DNA of 64,000 nucleotides from Campylobacter sp. (GCA_052170535.1 JBQNAH010000006.1:15027-79026); one strand, 5' to 3'; shown: positions 42,424 through 52,558, counted from the first letter of the stretch. The notes: generated by a model from the sequence alone, not told the origin. Translations and numbers: made by a program.

Positions 42424-43251
42424 TCATAAATTAAGATTATTCTTTTTTAATAATTTTAAATCCGCAATTTTTCCATAAATCGCGCTAAAATTTGCATCCA
42501 GCTCGGCTTTTCGCGCCTTGCAAATTTCTACAAATTTACTCTCTTTTTCGATTCCGATGAAATTTCGCCCGAGTAAATTCGCCCCGATTCCAGTCGTTCC
42601 AGCCCCGCAAAATGGGTCGCAAATCACGCTATTTTCGTTGCTTGCCATTAAAATTAGTCGCACTAGCAAAGACAACGGCTTTTGTGTCGGGTGTTTGCCA
42701 CACGTCTTTTCCCACTGCGCGATTGCGTTAAACGCCCATACGTCCTTCATTTGCTTATCATTGTTTAATTTTCTCATTAAATTATAGTTAAAAATATGTT
42801 TATGTTTTTCACTTTTTCGCGCCCAAATAATCTGCTCGGTCGAGTGCGTCAGATAGCGACAGCTGAAATTTGGCGGCGGATTGGTCTTTTGCCACGTGAT
42901 GACGTTTAGGATTTTGTAGCCCAGTTTTTGCAGCATACGACCGACCGAGAATATGTTATGATAAGTCCCGCTAATCATCAAGCTGCCGTTATCCGTGAGC
43001 GCATTTTTAGCCAGCGCGAGCCATTTAAGGTTGAATTTATCGATCTCATCGATGCCACAACTTTTATCCCACTCGCCTTTATTGACGCTGACGATTTTGC
43101 CGCTTTGAATACTAAGCCCATCGCTTGAGAGAAAATACGGCGGATCGGCAAAAATCAGGTCGAATTTGGCGTCAAATTCAGGCAGAATTTCAAAGCAATC
43201 GCCTTGAAAAAGTCTGAATTTAGCGTCTTGTGAAGTGAAATTATAATCCAT
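42424..43251 (-). CDS. dpnA: Beta-class amino-DNA methyltransferase, DpnA-like (predicted GATC m6A)
   Basis: IFADPPYFLS..G...SG..VSV.KG.WDK, WQKTNPPPNFSCRYLTHSTE, KHPTQKP, DPFCGAGTTG; closely resembles DpnA/M.HpyAIII-type enzymes. Confidence 0.85.
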   Translation of the reverse strand: MDYNFTSQDAKFRLFQGDCFEILPEFDAKFDLIFADPPYFLSSDGLSIQSGKIVSVNKGEWDKSCGIDEIDKFNLKWLALAKNALTDNGSLMISGTYHNIFSVGRMLQKLGYKILNVITWQKTNPPPNFSCRYLTHSTEQIIWARKSEKHKHIFNYNLMRKLNNDKQMKDVWAFNAIAQWEKTCGKHPTQKPLSLLVRLILMASNENSVICDPFCGAGTTGIGANLLGRNFIGIEKESKFVEICKARKAELDANFSAIYGKIADLKLLKKNNLNL

Positions 43252-43567
43252 TTTTCACATCCACTATAAAGTCCCCAATATTGGCTAAGTTGTAAATTTC
43301 CACGCTTTTATAGGCTTCTTCGAGTTTATTTTTAGCAGCCAGCCAGCCTTGACCATCGGTTATCCAGATAAATTTAAAGCCGTTAAAGCGCGAAATTTTC
43401 TCTGAAATTTCTATATACGAGCGCGCAACTTCGTTTAATTTTGAACCGCCCGTACTATAAAAATTTGCTTCAATTAGATACGTTACGCCGCCCGCTTTTA
43501 TAACGAAATCAAAAATCTTTTGATCGCTTCCTAAGTTTAGAGTGAAATTTTTACTACTGACTTCGGC

Positions 43568-43591
43568 TTGAAAGCAGATATTTTCACTCTT
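43568..43591 (+). repeat. Left 24-bp inverted repeat TTGAAAGCAGATATTTTCACTCTT
   Basis: Reverse complement of 43883-43906 at 23/24 positions; 17-bp perfect core 43575-43591. Confidence 0.95.
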
Positions 43592-43882
43592 TTTGAACAA
43601 AGTAAGCAATGCTTCAAAGTGTTAAATTTACTCATCGCCGTTCGCGATAAAAACACTGATGTGATTTTGGCAAGTGGCGAGCTAACGAAGATGGGAACGT
43701 ATTTTGAAAGTCCAGAAAAAATTTACGAATTTTGCCGCGAAACTGGACTAGATAAAATTTTCATAGACGGAAAGGTTAAAAATTTGCACGATTACGTTTT
43801 TGGAGTAGAGATCGGACTTGATACGAATGCGCGTAAAAATCGCGGTGGCGTAAATTTCGCGCGAACTATTTCAGAATACTTT
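43592..43882 (+). other. 291-bp inverted (putatively invertible) intragenic segment, 97 codons
   Basis: Encodes the middle of the endonuclease on the opposite strand; bounded by the inverted repeats. Confidence 0.85.
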
Positions 43883-43906
43883 AAGAGTGAAAATATCTGT
43901 TTTCAA
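43883..43906 (-). repeat. Right 24-bp inverted repeat (plus strand AAGAGTGAAAATATCTGTTTTCAA)
   Basis: Reverse complement TTGAAAACAGATATTTTCACTCTT differs from the left repeat at one base. Confidence 0.95.
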
Positions 43907-44072
43907 ATTTTTAGAGCCGAGCAAAAAATTAAGCGTATTCAGATGAATTGATACTTCTTGCACGTTTTTATCGCATTTTTCAAAATCAGTAAAGTAGCCA
44001 AGATTCGCATTCGTTTTTCTAAGCGAGCGTAAAAAATCATCAAATTTCGTTAAATTTCGTTCCATAAAATTC

Positions 44073-44258
44073 CTAAATTTTGATATCGGGCTCACCAGCT
44101 GCCTTAAAGTCTGCGCAGACAAAATCATCTGCACACAAAACGATCTCGCAGTTTTCGTAAGCCGCTCGCGCGATCTTACACGCTTCTTCTTTATTTTTTG
44201 CTTTAATCACGACCTTTTTTGCTAAAATTTCAGTGATCTCTACTTCAAATTCTTTCAT
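44073..44258 (-). CDS. DpnD/PcfM-like small protein (61 aa)
   Basis: FEVEITEILAKKVVIKAKNKEEA......YENCEIVL.ADDF pattern typical of the DpnD/PcfM family; TGATG coupling with the upstream gene. Confidence 0.7.
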   Translation of the reverse strand: MKEFEVEITEILAKKVVIKAKNKEEACKIARAAYENCEIVLCADDFVCADFKAAGEPDIKI

Positions 44259-44968
44259 CAAATCCCCATAGAAATTTTACCAATTTCACTCTCTTTTTCA
44301 TATTGCCTTACGATATCTTCATAGCAAGCAAATTTAACTTTTTTGCTTATACCCTCGTAAATGCTATCCTTTAAAACATTATCAAACTCCTTTTTTCTTT
44401 GAAAATCAGCCACTATAAACATTTTAGCGTTGAAATCCTGCAGTTCATAAAATTTATTTAGAGAGTTTTTAAAGTCGGTACTGTGTTCTACTTCGTAAAA
44501 TGCATCTGGCAAATTTCTACGATTAAACCATATCGCATCAACGTTTTTTGCTTTCTTTACGATATTTTCATAACTAAAATTATAAATTTCTTTTAGCGTC
44601 GTTAATTCGGTTAGTTTTTTATCAAGATAAAACTTATTTTTGTCTTGCGCTGGCACATATGTCTGAAAATGCCTCAAGTTTCCGATTTCGACAATGATTC
44701 CTTGATAATATGCGTGAGTAAAATTTGGATTTATTTCGCTTTTACCATCGCCAGTTTTAGCCGTATTTTGTGCTTCAAAATCCTTAAGCCCCCAAAGTCC
44801 GGGCCTAATTTTATAAAATTCTTTATTGGTTTGTACTATGCTTCTTATACTCGCAAACGGGGTTTTTGTTCCCCATTTACTAATATCGGTTTTAGAATAA
44901 AGTTGCGAGAAAGTAGCCATACCGCCAAGGCTGGCTAAGGCTTTTATAACGCATTGTTTTTGTGTCAT
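44258..44968 (-). CDS. Putative nuclease: N-terminal winged-helix-like domain plus PD-(D/E)XK-like domain
   Basis: N-terminal ...[11 protein letters not shown]....[10 protein letters not shown] (HARE-HTH/wH-like); C-terminal H...QG..VEIG, VDAIW...[12 protein letters not shown] overlap with the carB stop. Confidence 0.55.
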   Translation of the reverse strand: MTQKQCVIKALASLGGMATFSQLYSKTDISKWGTKTPFASIRSIVQTNKEFYKIRPGLWGLKDFEAQNTAKTGDGKSEINPNFTHAYYQGIIVEIGNLRHFQTYVPAQDKNKFYLDKKLTELTTLKEIYNFSYENIVKKAKNVDAIWFNRRNLPDAFYEVEHSTDFKNSLNKFYELQDFNAKMFIVADFQRKKEFDNVLKDSIYEGISKKVKFACYEDIVRQYEKESEIGKISMGI

Positions 44969-47900
44969 CTCAAATACTCCTGCAAACTCTTAACTTCATA
45001 AACCGATCCATCTTGAACTGCTTTTATTGATTTAGTTGCCGCCAAAGCCGCTGCCATCGTGGTAAAGTAAGGAATTTTAAAGCGTAAAATATTTTGCCTG
45101 ATTTTCTTGCCGTCATCGGCGTTTGACTTGCTATCGCTTGTGTTAATAACCATTGCAATGTCGCCATTTTTAAGCCTGTCTTCGATATTTGGACGGCTTT
45201 CGCTTATTTTATAGACAAATTCCGCGCTGATTGCATTTTCGTTTAAAATTTTATGCGTTCCACCAGTTGCGATTATCCTAAATCCAAGAGAGATAAGCTT
45301 GCGCGCTAAATTTGCAGCCTGAGCTTTATCTTGATCAGCTAATGTCAAAAACACAAGCCCGCCCGTTGGTAGCGGATTGTTTGCAGCGATTTGACTTTTA
45401 GCAAAGCTTCGCGCAAAATCGCTTGAAATTCCCATAACTTCACCTGTGCTTTTCATCTCTGGACCAAGAATCAAATCCGCACCAGTTAGCTTATTAAACG
45501 GAAAAACCGCCTCTTTTACACAAACGTGATTTTTGATGCGTGGTAAAAATATCCCGTTTTCCTGCGTTAATACATTGTAAATATCATAAAATTTTAGTGC
45601 TTCTGGCAAATTCCCCTGCCACATTACGCGAGTGGCGACTTTTGCCATCGGTATGCCTGTTGCTTTACTTACAAAAGGCACGGTTCTGCTAGCTCTAGGA
45701 TTTACCTCAATCATATAAAGATTGTCTTTAAAAATCGCAAATTGGATATTCATAAGTCCGATAACGCCTAAATTTAGAGCAATATCACGTGTTTGAGTTC
45801 TGATTTTAGTAATCATCTCATCACTTAAATTTAACGGTGGCAAAATGCAAGCCGAATCGCCTGAATGAATGCCAGCTTCTTCAATATGTTGCATAATCGC
45901 ACCGATATAAACGTCTTTTCCATCGCTTATCGCATCAACATCAAGCTCGGTTGCGTCTTGTAAAAATTTATCAAGTAAAACTGGGGAATTATTACTAACA
46001 TCAACTGCTTCGCTCATATATTCACGCAACTGAGCCTCGTTATGCACGCATCGCATCGCACGACCGCCTAAAACGTAACTAGGTCGCACAAGCACTGGAT
46101 AGCCTATATTTGCCGCCTTTTGCACCGCCTCTTTTTCGCTCGTAGCCGTGGCATTTTGCGGTTGAAGAACGCCAATTTTGCTTATAAAGTCGCTAAATTT
46201 CTTACGATCTTCGGCTATATCAATCGTTCTAGCACTCGTGCCAATAATTTTAGCACCGATAACACTTAGATGCTTGGCAAATTTTAACGGTGTTTGTCCG
46301 CCAAAATGTACTATCACGCCATCTGGATGCTCGCGCTCAATAACCGATCTCACGTGCTCAAAATCAATCGGCTCAAAATATAAAATATCGCTCGTATCGT
46401 AATCGGTGCTAACCGTTTCTGGGTTGCAGTTATACATTATCGTTTTTAAACCCATATCGCGCAAAGCAAAGCAGGCGTGCACACAACAATAATCAAACTC
46501 AATGCCTTGCCCTATGCGGTTTGGACCGCCACCGATAATCATTACCTTTTTGCAATCTTGCAAATTTTGCTGAAAGAGCGGTAATTTTGTTATATTTGTA
46601 GTTGAGTAAAGATACGGCGTAAGTGCCTTAAATTCTCCCGCGCACGTATCAACTTCGTTGTATTCAAAAACGACGCCTAATTTATTTCTGGCAAAATAAA
46701 TATCGCTTTGGCTTAATTCAAGATTGTCTTTTTTATTTATCAAACGAGCTATCATTTTGTCTGAAAAACCCATAGATTTGGCTGTTCTTAGTAAATTTTC
46801 ATCATTTAAAATATCCATATCTATCTTGTTTTCAAAACAAACAATGTCAAAAATTTGACCCAAAAACCAAGGATCAATTTTGCTAAATTCGTGCACTTGC
46901 GATACGCTAAAGCCTTCGCGAAACGCTTGAGCTATCATTAAAATTCGCTTCTCGTTTGCATTTCTAAGCCCATAAATCAACTCTTCGCGACTTAAATTTA
47001 ACTCATTAAATCCGTAAAAATCGCGCTCCATCGAACAAAGTGCCTTTTGAAGGCTTTCTTTAAAAGTCCTGCCTATCGCCATCACTTCACCTACACTTTT
47101 CATAGCCGTACCTAAATATGGATTTGAGCCTGGGAATTTCTCAAATGTAAAGCGCGGAATTTTAGTAACGATATAATCAATCACTGGTTCAAAACTAGCC
47201 GCCGTGCCTGTAATGTCGTTTTTTATCTCGTCAAGACTAAATCCTACCGCAAGCAAAGTCGCAACTTTAGCTATCGGATAACCAGTAGCTTTTGAAGCCA
47301 AAGCCGAACTGCGACTGACGCGCGGATTCATTTCTATGACGATCATTCTGCCAGTTTTAGGATCTATTGCAAATTGAACGTTTGAGCCGCCCGTATCAAC
47401 GCCTATCTCGCGCAAAATAGCAAAACTAGCATCTCGCATCATTTGATATTCTTTATCAGTTAATGTAAGCGCGGGCGCAACCGTAACGCTATCGCCAGTA
47501 TGCACACCCATCGGATCAAAATTTTCAATCGAGCAAACGATAATGCAATTATCTTTACAATCCCTAATAACCTCCATTTCGTATTCTTTCCAACCAAGCA
47601 AACTCTCTTCTATTAAAATTTCGTGAATAGGGCTAGCGTCTAAGCCAAATTGGGCCAATTCGCGAAATTCGTCTATATTATAAGCTACTCCAGATCCTGC
47701 TCCACCAAGCGTGTAACTTGCTCTAATAATAAGCGGGAAACCGATATTTAAAGCTGCGTTCATAGCCTCTTCAAAGCTATAAGCATACTGGCTTTTTGGC
47801 AAATCCATACCGATTTTTTGCATAGCTTTTTTAAATTCCTGCCTATCTTCGCCCTTTTTTATAGCCGCTGGATTTGCGCCTAAGAATTTCACATCGCCAA

Positions 47901-48222
47901 GCATATCGTTTTCGTAAAGCTCCATAGCCACATTTAGCGCAACTTGCCCGCCCATAGTAGGCAAAATCGCATCGACTTTTTCTTTTTCGATTATGCTTTT
48001 GATACTCTCTTTAGTTATCGGCTCGATATAGGTTGCGTCGGCAAAATCAGGATCGGTCATAATCGTAGCTGGATTTGAGTTAATAAGCACGACGCGATAC
48101 CCAAGCTCTTTTAGAGTTTTAGCCGCTTGCGTGCCAGAATAATCAAATTCGCATGCTTGTCCGATGACGATTGGACCACTACCAATCAACAAAATTGTTT
48201 TTACATCTTCTCTTTTTGGCAT
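44965..48222 (-). CDS. carB: Carbamoyl-phosphate synthase large subunit
   Basis: [55 protein letters not shown] domain. Confidence 0.98.
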   Translation of the reverse strand: MPKREDVKTILLIGSGPIVIGQACEFDYSGTQAAKTLKELGYRVVLINSNPATIMTDPDFADATYIEPITKESIKSIIEKEKVDAILPTMGGQVALNVAMELYENDMLGDVKFLGANPAAIKKGEDRQEFKKAMQKIGMDLPKSQYAYSFEEAMNAALNIGFPLIIRASYTLGGAGSGVAYNIDEFRELAQFGLDASPIHEILIEESLLGWKEYEMEVIRDCKDNCIIVCSIENFDPMGVHTGDSVTVAPALTLTDKEYQMMRDASFAILREIGVDTGGSNVQFAIDPKTGRMIVIEMNPRVSRSSALASKATGYPIAKVATLLAVGFSLDEIKNDITGTAASFEPVIDYIVTKIPRFTFEKFPGSNPYLGTAMKSVGEVMAIGRTFKESLQKALCSMERDFYGFNELNLSREELIYGLRNANEKRILMIAQAFREGFSVSQVHEFSKIDPWFLGQIFDIVCFENKIDMDILNDENLLRTAKSMGFSDKMIARLINKKDNLELSQSDIYFARNKLGVVFEYNEVDTCAGEFKALTPYLYSTTNITKLPLFQQNLQDCKKVMIIGGGPNRIGQGIEFDYCCVHACFALRDMGLKTIMYNCNPETVSTDYDTSDILYFEPIDFEHVRSVIEREHPDGVIVHFGGQTPLKFAKHLSVIGAKIIGTSARTIDIAEDRKKFSDFISKIGVLQPQNATATSEKEAVQKAANIGYPVLVRPSYVLGGRAMRCVHNEAQLREYMSEAVDVSNNSPVLLDKFLQDATELDVDAISDGKDVYIGAIMQHIEEAGIHSGDSACILPPLNLSDEMITKIRTQTRDIALNLGVIGLMNIQFAIFKDNLYMIEVNPRASRTVPFVSKATGIPMAKVATRVMWQGNLPEALKFYDIYNVLTQENGIFLPRIKNHVCVKEAVFPFNKLTGADLILGPEMKSTGEVMGISSDFARSFAKSQIAANNPLPTGGLVFLTLADQDKAQAANLARKLISLGFRIIATGGTHKILNENAISAEFVYKISESRPNIEDRLKNGDIAMVINTSDSKSNADDGKKIRQNILRFKIPYFTTMAAALAATKSIKAVQDGSVYEVKSLQEYLR

Positions 48223-48977
48223 TATTTGTCCTTTGTTACTATATACATATATGACGGAATACTAGGTTTTGCATCAGGTTTAACAACTACGCTTTTATAC
48301 AAACTCTCTTCAAGTACTTCCACAACCCTTCCAACTCCAACCCCACCAAAAAATATCCCGTCTAATCCGCTGGTAATAACCTCATCGCCAACCTTTGGAA
48401 AAAGCCACTGAGGGATAAATTTGACGGTAACCTTATCTCTATCGCCGTGAGCTATGCCAGGAATTTTCTCATCGCCTATAAAAACAGCAAATGTGCTTTT
48501 TGGGTCATTTTGCAACAATGCAAGTGGTCTGCCGTCTTTTGAAACGACTATGCCAGCGCTCTTGCCTTGATATATAAGTCCGTAAATTTTTGAAGTGTTA
48601 AAATCATCGAATTTATCGAGCCAAATTTTGTTATAATCGCCTATATTGGCGTAATTTAACGCCCTAACAAGTTTGACATTTGGCTCATAGATGCTGGAAT
48701 TTTTATCTTTTGAAATTTCATTTATTTCGTTTGCGAAAGTGCTAAGCAAAACGGCTGATTTTTCAAGCTCGAAATTCTGCGCTCTAAGCCTTAGAATTTC
48801 GTCTTTTTGAAAAATATGTTCATTGACTTTATCTTTAATAAATCTTAAACTATCGTCATAAATTCCAACAAACCAAACGTTAATGTTTATAAATTTTCGA
48901 CTTATCAAATCGCTTTTTTGAAGCGAAATAAAAGACAAAAATCCAATAACTAAGATGAATAAAATTTTACTCTTCAT
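48222..48977 (-). CDS. mreC: Rod shape-determining protein MreC
   Basis: N-terminal TM, coiled coil, [14 protein letters not shown]; follows mreB. Confidence 0.92.
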   Translation of the reverse strand: MKSKILFILVIGFLSFISLQKSDLISRKFININVWFVGIYDDSLRFIKDKVNEHIFQKDEILRLRAQNFELEKSAVLLSTFANEINEISKDKNSSIYEPNVKLVRALNYANIGDYNKIWLDKFDDFNTSKIYGLIYQGKSAGIVVSKDGRPLALLQNDPKSTFAVFIGDEKIPGIAHGDRDKVTVKFIPQWLFPKVGDEVITSGLDGIFFGGVGVGRVVEVLEESLYKSVVVKPDAKPSIPSYMYIVTKDK

Positions 48978-50004
48978 TTGTTAGCTGTTGAAGCAAAGCT
49001 ATCTCTTCAAGCGCCTTACCTGTGCCTCTTGCAACAGCCATCAGCGGCTCATCGGCTACGAAAACTGGAAGCTTTACGATGTCGCTTAGATATTTATCAA
49101 GTCCCCTTATCAAAGCTCCACCGCCAGTTAGCACTATGCCGTTTTCGACAATATCACCAGCAAGATCTGGTGGCATCATTTCAAGGACAGTTTTTAGCGC
49201 GTCAGCTATCTCTTTTAGCGGTTCTCTCATCGCTTCTCTGACATCTTCGCTTGTTAGCTCAATCCTGCTTAAAAGTCCGCTTACCTGATCGCGACCTTTA
49301 ACCGTTATGCTAAGCTCTTCTGGTAGCTGAATGGCTGATCCGACCGAAATTTTTATATCCTCGCCAGCTCTTTCGCCAATTAATAGATTGTATTTTTCTT
49401 TCACATAATTTACAATGCTGACATCAATTTTATCGCCTGCTGTGCGAATTGATTTGCTAATAACCAATCCACCAAGCGATACGACACCTATCTCGGTTGT
49501 TCCTCCGCCTATATCAACGACTAAATTTCCTTGCGGTTCTTTAACCGGCAAATTTGCACCAATCGCTGCTGCCATCGGCTCTTCTATCAAAAATACCTCG
49601 CGAGCACCAGCACTTAGCGCACTTTCACGCACTGCTTTTCTTTCAACTTGCGTAAGACCGTAAGGCACAGAAATAATAATTCTTGGGCGCAAAAAGCTCT
49701 TTCTGCGGTGAGTTTTTTCTATAAAATAGCGTATCATCTTTTCTGTCATATCAAAATCAGCAATAACACCATCTCTCATCGGACGGATTGCCTCAATGTC
49801 GCCTGGCGTTTTACCAACCATCTCTTTTGCATCGTGTCCAACGGCTAGAATTTTTTGTTTGCCATATTTTTCACGCTGAACAGCAACCACGCTTGGCTCG
49901 TTTATAACAATCCCCTTATTTTTTACCAAAACTAGCGTATTTGCAGTCCCTAAATCTATACCCATATCACTCGAAAAAAGTCCAATAATCTGATCTAAAA
50001 TCAT
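48967..50004 (-). CDS. mreB: Rod shape-determining protein MreB
   Basis: [42 protein letters not shown]. Confidence 0.98.
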   Translation of the reverse strand: MILDQIIGLFSSDMGIDLGTANTLVLVKNKGIVINEPSVVAVQREKYGKQKILAVGHDAKEMVGKTPGDIEAIRPMRDGVIADFDMTEKMIRYFIEKTHRRKSFLRPRIIISVPYGLTQVERKAVRESALSAGAREVFLIEEPMAAAIGANLPVKEPQGNLVVDIGGGTTEIGVVSLGGLVISKSIRTAGDKIDVSIVNYVKEKYNLLIGERAGEDIKISVGSAIQLPEELSITVKGRDQVSGLLSRIELTSEDVREAMREPLKEIADALKTVLEMMPPDLAGDIVENGIVLTGGGALIRGLDKYLSDIVKLPVFVADEPLMAVARGTGKALEEIALLQQLTNEE

Positions 50005-50012
50005 CTCTATCC

Positions 50013-51251
50013 TTACGCGCTTATTTTATTATTTTTTACAAAAATCGGCTTTTCACGCCCATTTACAACATCTTTTGTTATGACAACGTCATATCCCGCC
50101 AACTCTGGCAACTCATACATAATATCTATCATAACCTCTTCCATTATAGCTCTTAAACCTCTTGCGCCAGTTTTTCGCTCAATCGCTAATTTTGCGACCT
50201 CATTTAGAGCTTCGTCATCAAATTTCAAATTCGCCTTATCTATCGCAAAAAGTTTTTGATACTGTCTTAAAATCGCATTTTTAGGCTCTGTTAAAATTTT
50301 AACCATATCATCTTGCGTTATTTTGTTTAATGTCGCAACCACGTGCAAACGTCCGATTAGCTCCGGGATAAGTCCGAAATGAACCAAATCATCGCTTTCG
50401 AGCATATCTAACAAATTTTCTTTATCGTTTTTCGATCGCTTGTCTTGATTAAAACCAAGCACGTTTTTGCCAATCCTTCTTTCTATTATGTCCGCCAAGC
50501 CGTCAAAAGCTCCACCACAAACAAATAAAATATTTGTCGTGTCTATTTGTATAAAATCCTGATTTGGGTGCTTTCGCCCACCTTTTGGCGGTATGTTTAC
50601 AACGCTTCCTTCGATTATTTTTAAAAGAGCTTGCTGCACCCCTTCGCCCGAAACATCACGAGTTATCGAGCGATTTTCGCTCATTCTGGCTATTTTATCG
50701 ATTTCATCGACAAAAACTATGCCCTGTTCTGCGCGCTTGACATCGCCATTTGCGGCTTGAAGAAGCCTAGTTAAGATATTTTCCACATCTTCGCCAACAT
50801 ATCCAGCTTCTGTTAAACTTGTGGCATCACAAATTGCAATCGGAACATCTAAAAATTTTGCCAAAGTCTGAGCCATAAGCGTTTTTCCGCTTCCAGTCGG
50901 ACCGACAAGCAAAATGTTTGATTTAGAAATTTCTGTATCGTCTTGCATTTGAGTTTGCTTAAAAATTCTTTTATAGTGATTATAAACACCTACGCTAAAT
51001 ACCTTTTTAGCTTTTTCCTGACCTATGACGTAACTATCAAGCACACCTTTAAGCTCTTTTGGTGTTAAATTTTGATAATTGACACTTTGCTCTTTGCTCT
51101 CAATCTCGCCATCTAAACTCGTATCGCCGTATATCATATTGTAAGCTGCATTTACGCAATATTCGCAAATAAAAGCCTTATTATCCAAATCAGCAAACAA
51201 TCTCCTATCGTTTGATTCGCTCTCGCCACAAAAATTACATTTTCTCGCCAT
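50013..51251 (-). CDS. clpX: ATP-dependent Clp protease ATPase ClpX
   Basis: CNFC...CEYC Zn finger, [33 protein letters not shown]. Confidence 0.98.
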   Translation of the reverse strand: MARKCNFCGESESNDRRLFADLDNKAFICEYCVNAAYNMIYGDTSLDGEIESKEQSVNYQNLTPKELKGVLDSYVIGQEKAKKVFSVGVYNHYKRIFKQTQMQDDTEISKSNILLVGPTGSGKTLMAQTLAKFLDVPIAICDATSLTEAGYVGEDVENILTRLLQAANGDVKRAEQGIVFVDEIDKIARMSENRSITRDVSGEGVQQALLKIIEGSVVNIPPKGGRKHPNQDFIQIDTTNILFVCGGAFDGLADIIERRIGKNVLGFNQDKRSKNDKENLLDMLESDDLVHFGLIPELIGRLHVVATLNKITQDDMVKILTEPKNAILRQYQKLFAIDKANLKFDDEALNEVAKLAIERKTGARGLRAIMEEVMIDIMYELPELAGYDVVITKDVVNGREKPIFVKNNKISA

Positions 51252-52040
51252 CTATTCTCTTCCTTTTGCCAGCGGAATTCCCCTGCTTGTATTTAATATA
51301 AATTCACACATTTTTTGAACTTGCGGATTTTGATTTTGAGCCAAAAGATCCTTTGCAGCAACCTTTATATCGCCACTTTTCCTAAATAAAATTTTATAAG
51401 CTTTATTGATCTCTTCGACAACATCTCTATCAAATCTTCTGCGAATTCCGACTAAATTTAAACTTCTTATGTAAGCTCTGTTGCCTTCTGCTAAACAAAA
51501 CGGCACTATATCCTGGCTAAGCGCGGAAGCACCAGCTATCATACAACTTTCGCCGACTTTTACAAACTGATGAATCGGTGTCATACCACCAACAACGGTG
51601 TAATCCCCAAGCTCAACGTGTCCTGCTAAAGTCGCGTTATTTGCCAAGATGACGCTGTTGCCTACATTACAATCGTGCGCAACGTGGCAATACGCCATTA
51701 TAAAGGCATTTTCGCCAATGCGAGTTAATCCATCGCCCTTGTGCGTGCCAGAATTTATCGTAACAAATTCTCTAATTGTAGAATTTTTACCAAGCCTGAC
51801 ACCTGTGTTTTCTTGCATTTTGTAACTAATATCTTGTGGAATATCTCCGACAATCGCATAGCTATAAATTTTACAATTATCGCCAATTATAGTATTTCCA
51901 ACGATCCTAGCGCCTTGTTTAATAACAACTCCATCGCCTAAAACCGCGTCTTTACTCACATAAGCGTATGCTTCAATGACAACGTTTTCTCCGATCTTTG
52001 CACCATCTTCAATAACGGCTGTTTTATGGATATTTTTCAT
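51252..52040 (-). CDS. lpxA: UDP-N-acetylglucosamine acyltransferase
   Basis: Hexapeptide repeats, PQD, HVAHDC, LAGHV, HQF. Confidence 0.97.
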   Translation of the reverse strand: MKNIHKTAVIEDGAKIGENVVIEAYAYVSKDAVLGDGVVIKQGARIVGNTIIGDNCKIYSYAIVGDIPQDISYKMQENTGVRLGKNSTIREFVTINSGTHKGDGLTRIGENAFIMAYCHVAHDCNVGNSVILANNATLAGHVELGDYTVVGGMTPIHQFVKVGESCMIAGASALSQDIVPFCLAEGNRAYIRSLNLVGIRRRFDRDVVEEINKAYKILFRKSGDIKVAAKDLLAQNQNPQVQKMCEFILNTSRGIPLAKGRE

Positions 52041-52052
52041 TTCAGATCCGAA

Positions 52053-52499
52053 TTATTTATCTACAATCATAGCTTTTAGCTCGGCTTCGCAAGCTAAAAT
52101 TTCATCAACATAAGCCTTTCCGCTTAAAACCCAAATATTTCCTTTGTGTTTTACTACTTCCAAGCGGTATTCTAATCTATCGCCAGGACGCACCGGATGA
52201 CGGAATTTAGCACCGTCTATACTCATGAAATACACGACTTTATTTTCAATATCCTTTTGATGCTCATCACTCATACTTTTAAATGCCAAAACCCCGCCAG
52301 CTTGTGCCATCCCTTCGATTATCATAACGCCTGGATATATAGGATGACCTGGAAAATGCCCCTGAAAAATAGGCTCACCAATGGTTACGTTTTTATACGC
52401 AACCACGTTTTTTGCAGGTTGCAACTGCGTTACTCTGTCTATTAATAAAAACGGAAATCTATGGGGGAGAATTTTTTGAATTTCAACTACGTCTATCAC
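52053..52499 (-). CDS. fabZ: 3-hydroxyacyl-ACP dehydratase FabZ
   Basis: [30 protein letters not shown]. Confidence 0.97.
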   Translation of the reverse strand: MIDVVEIQKILPHRFPFLLIDRVTQLQPAKNVVAYKNVTIGEPIFQGHFPGHPIYPGVMIIEGMAQAGGVLAFKSMSDEHQKDIENKVVYFMSIDGAKFRHPVRPGDRLEYRLEVVKHKGNIWVLSGKAYVDEILACEAELKAMIVDK

Positions 52500-52558
52500 T
52501 TTTGACCTTGTAAAAATAAATTTCGCTAGATTTTATCTAATTTTTACTAAGAAAAAGA

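Larger units (their letters stand above)
43241..44065 (-). pseudogene. DpnII-family type II restriction endonuclease interrupted by an internal inversion (OFF orientation; 274 aa when flipped)
   Basis: N-terminus 44065-43883 (minus), middle 43592-43882 on the plus strand (DYVFGVEIGLDTNARKNRGG), C-terminus 43591-43241 (minus; FDF...IEANFYSTGGSKLNEVARSY, FIWITDGQGW); all three frames join exactly after inversion. Confidence 0.9.

Noticed and set aside
43568..43951. Plus-strand 127-aa ORF as an independent gene
   Set aside because: It is the inverted middle of the endonuclease; it starts inside the left repeat without an RBS and its tail is antisense to the gene's N-terminus
42424..44065. Absence of a Dam-like DpnM as an anomaly
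   Set aside because: DpnII-family endonucleases paired with a single DpnA-type methyltransferase are known (HpyAIII-type systems), so this is not unusual by itself
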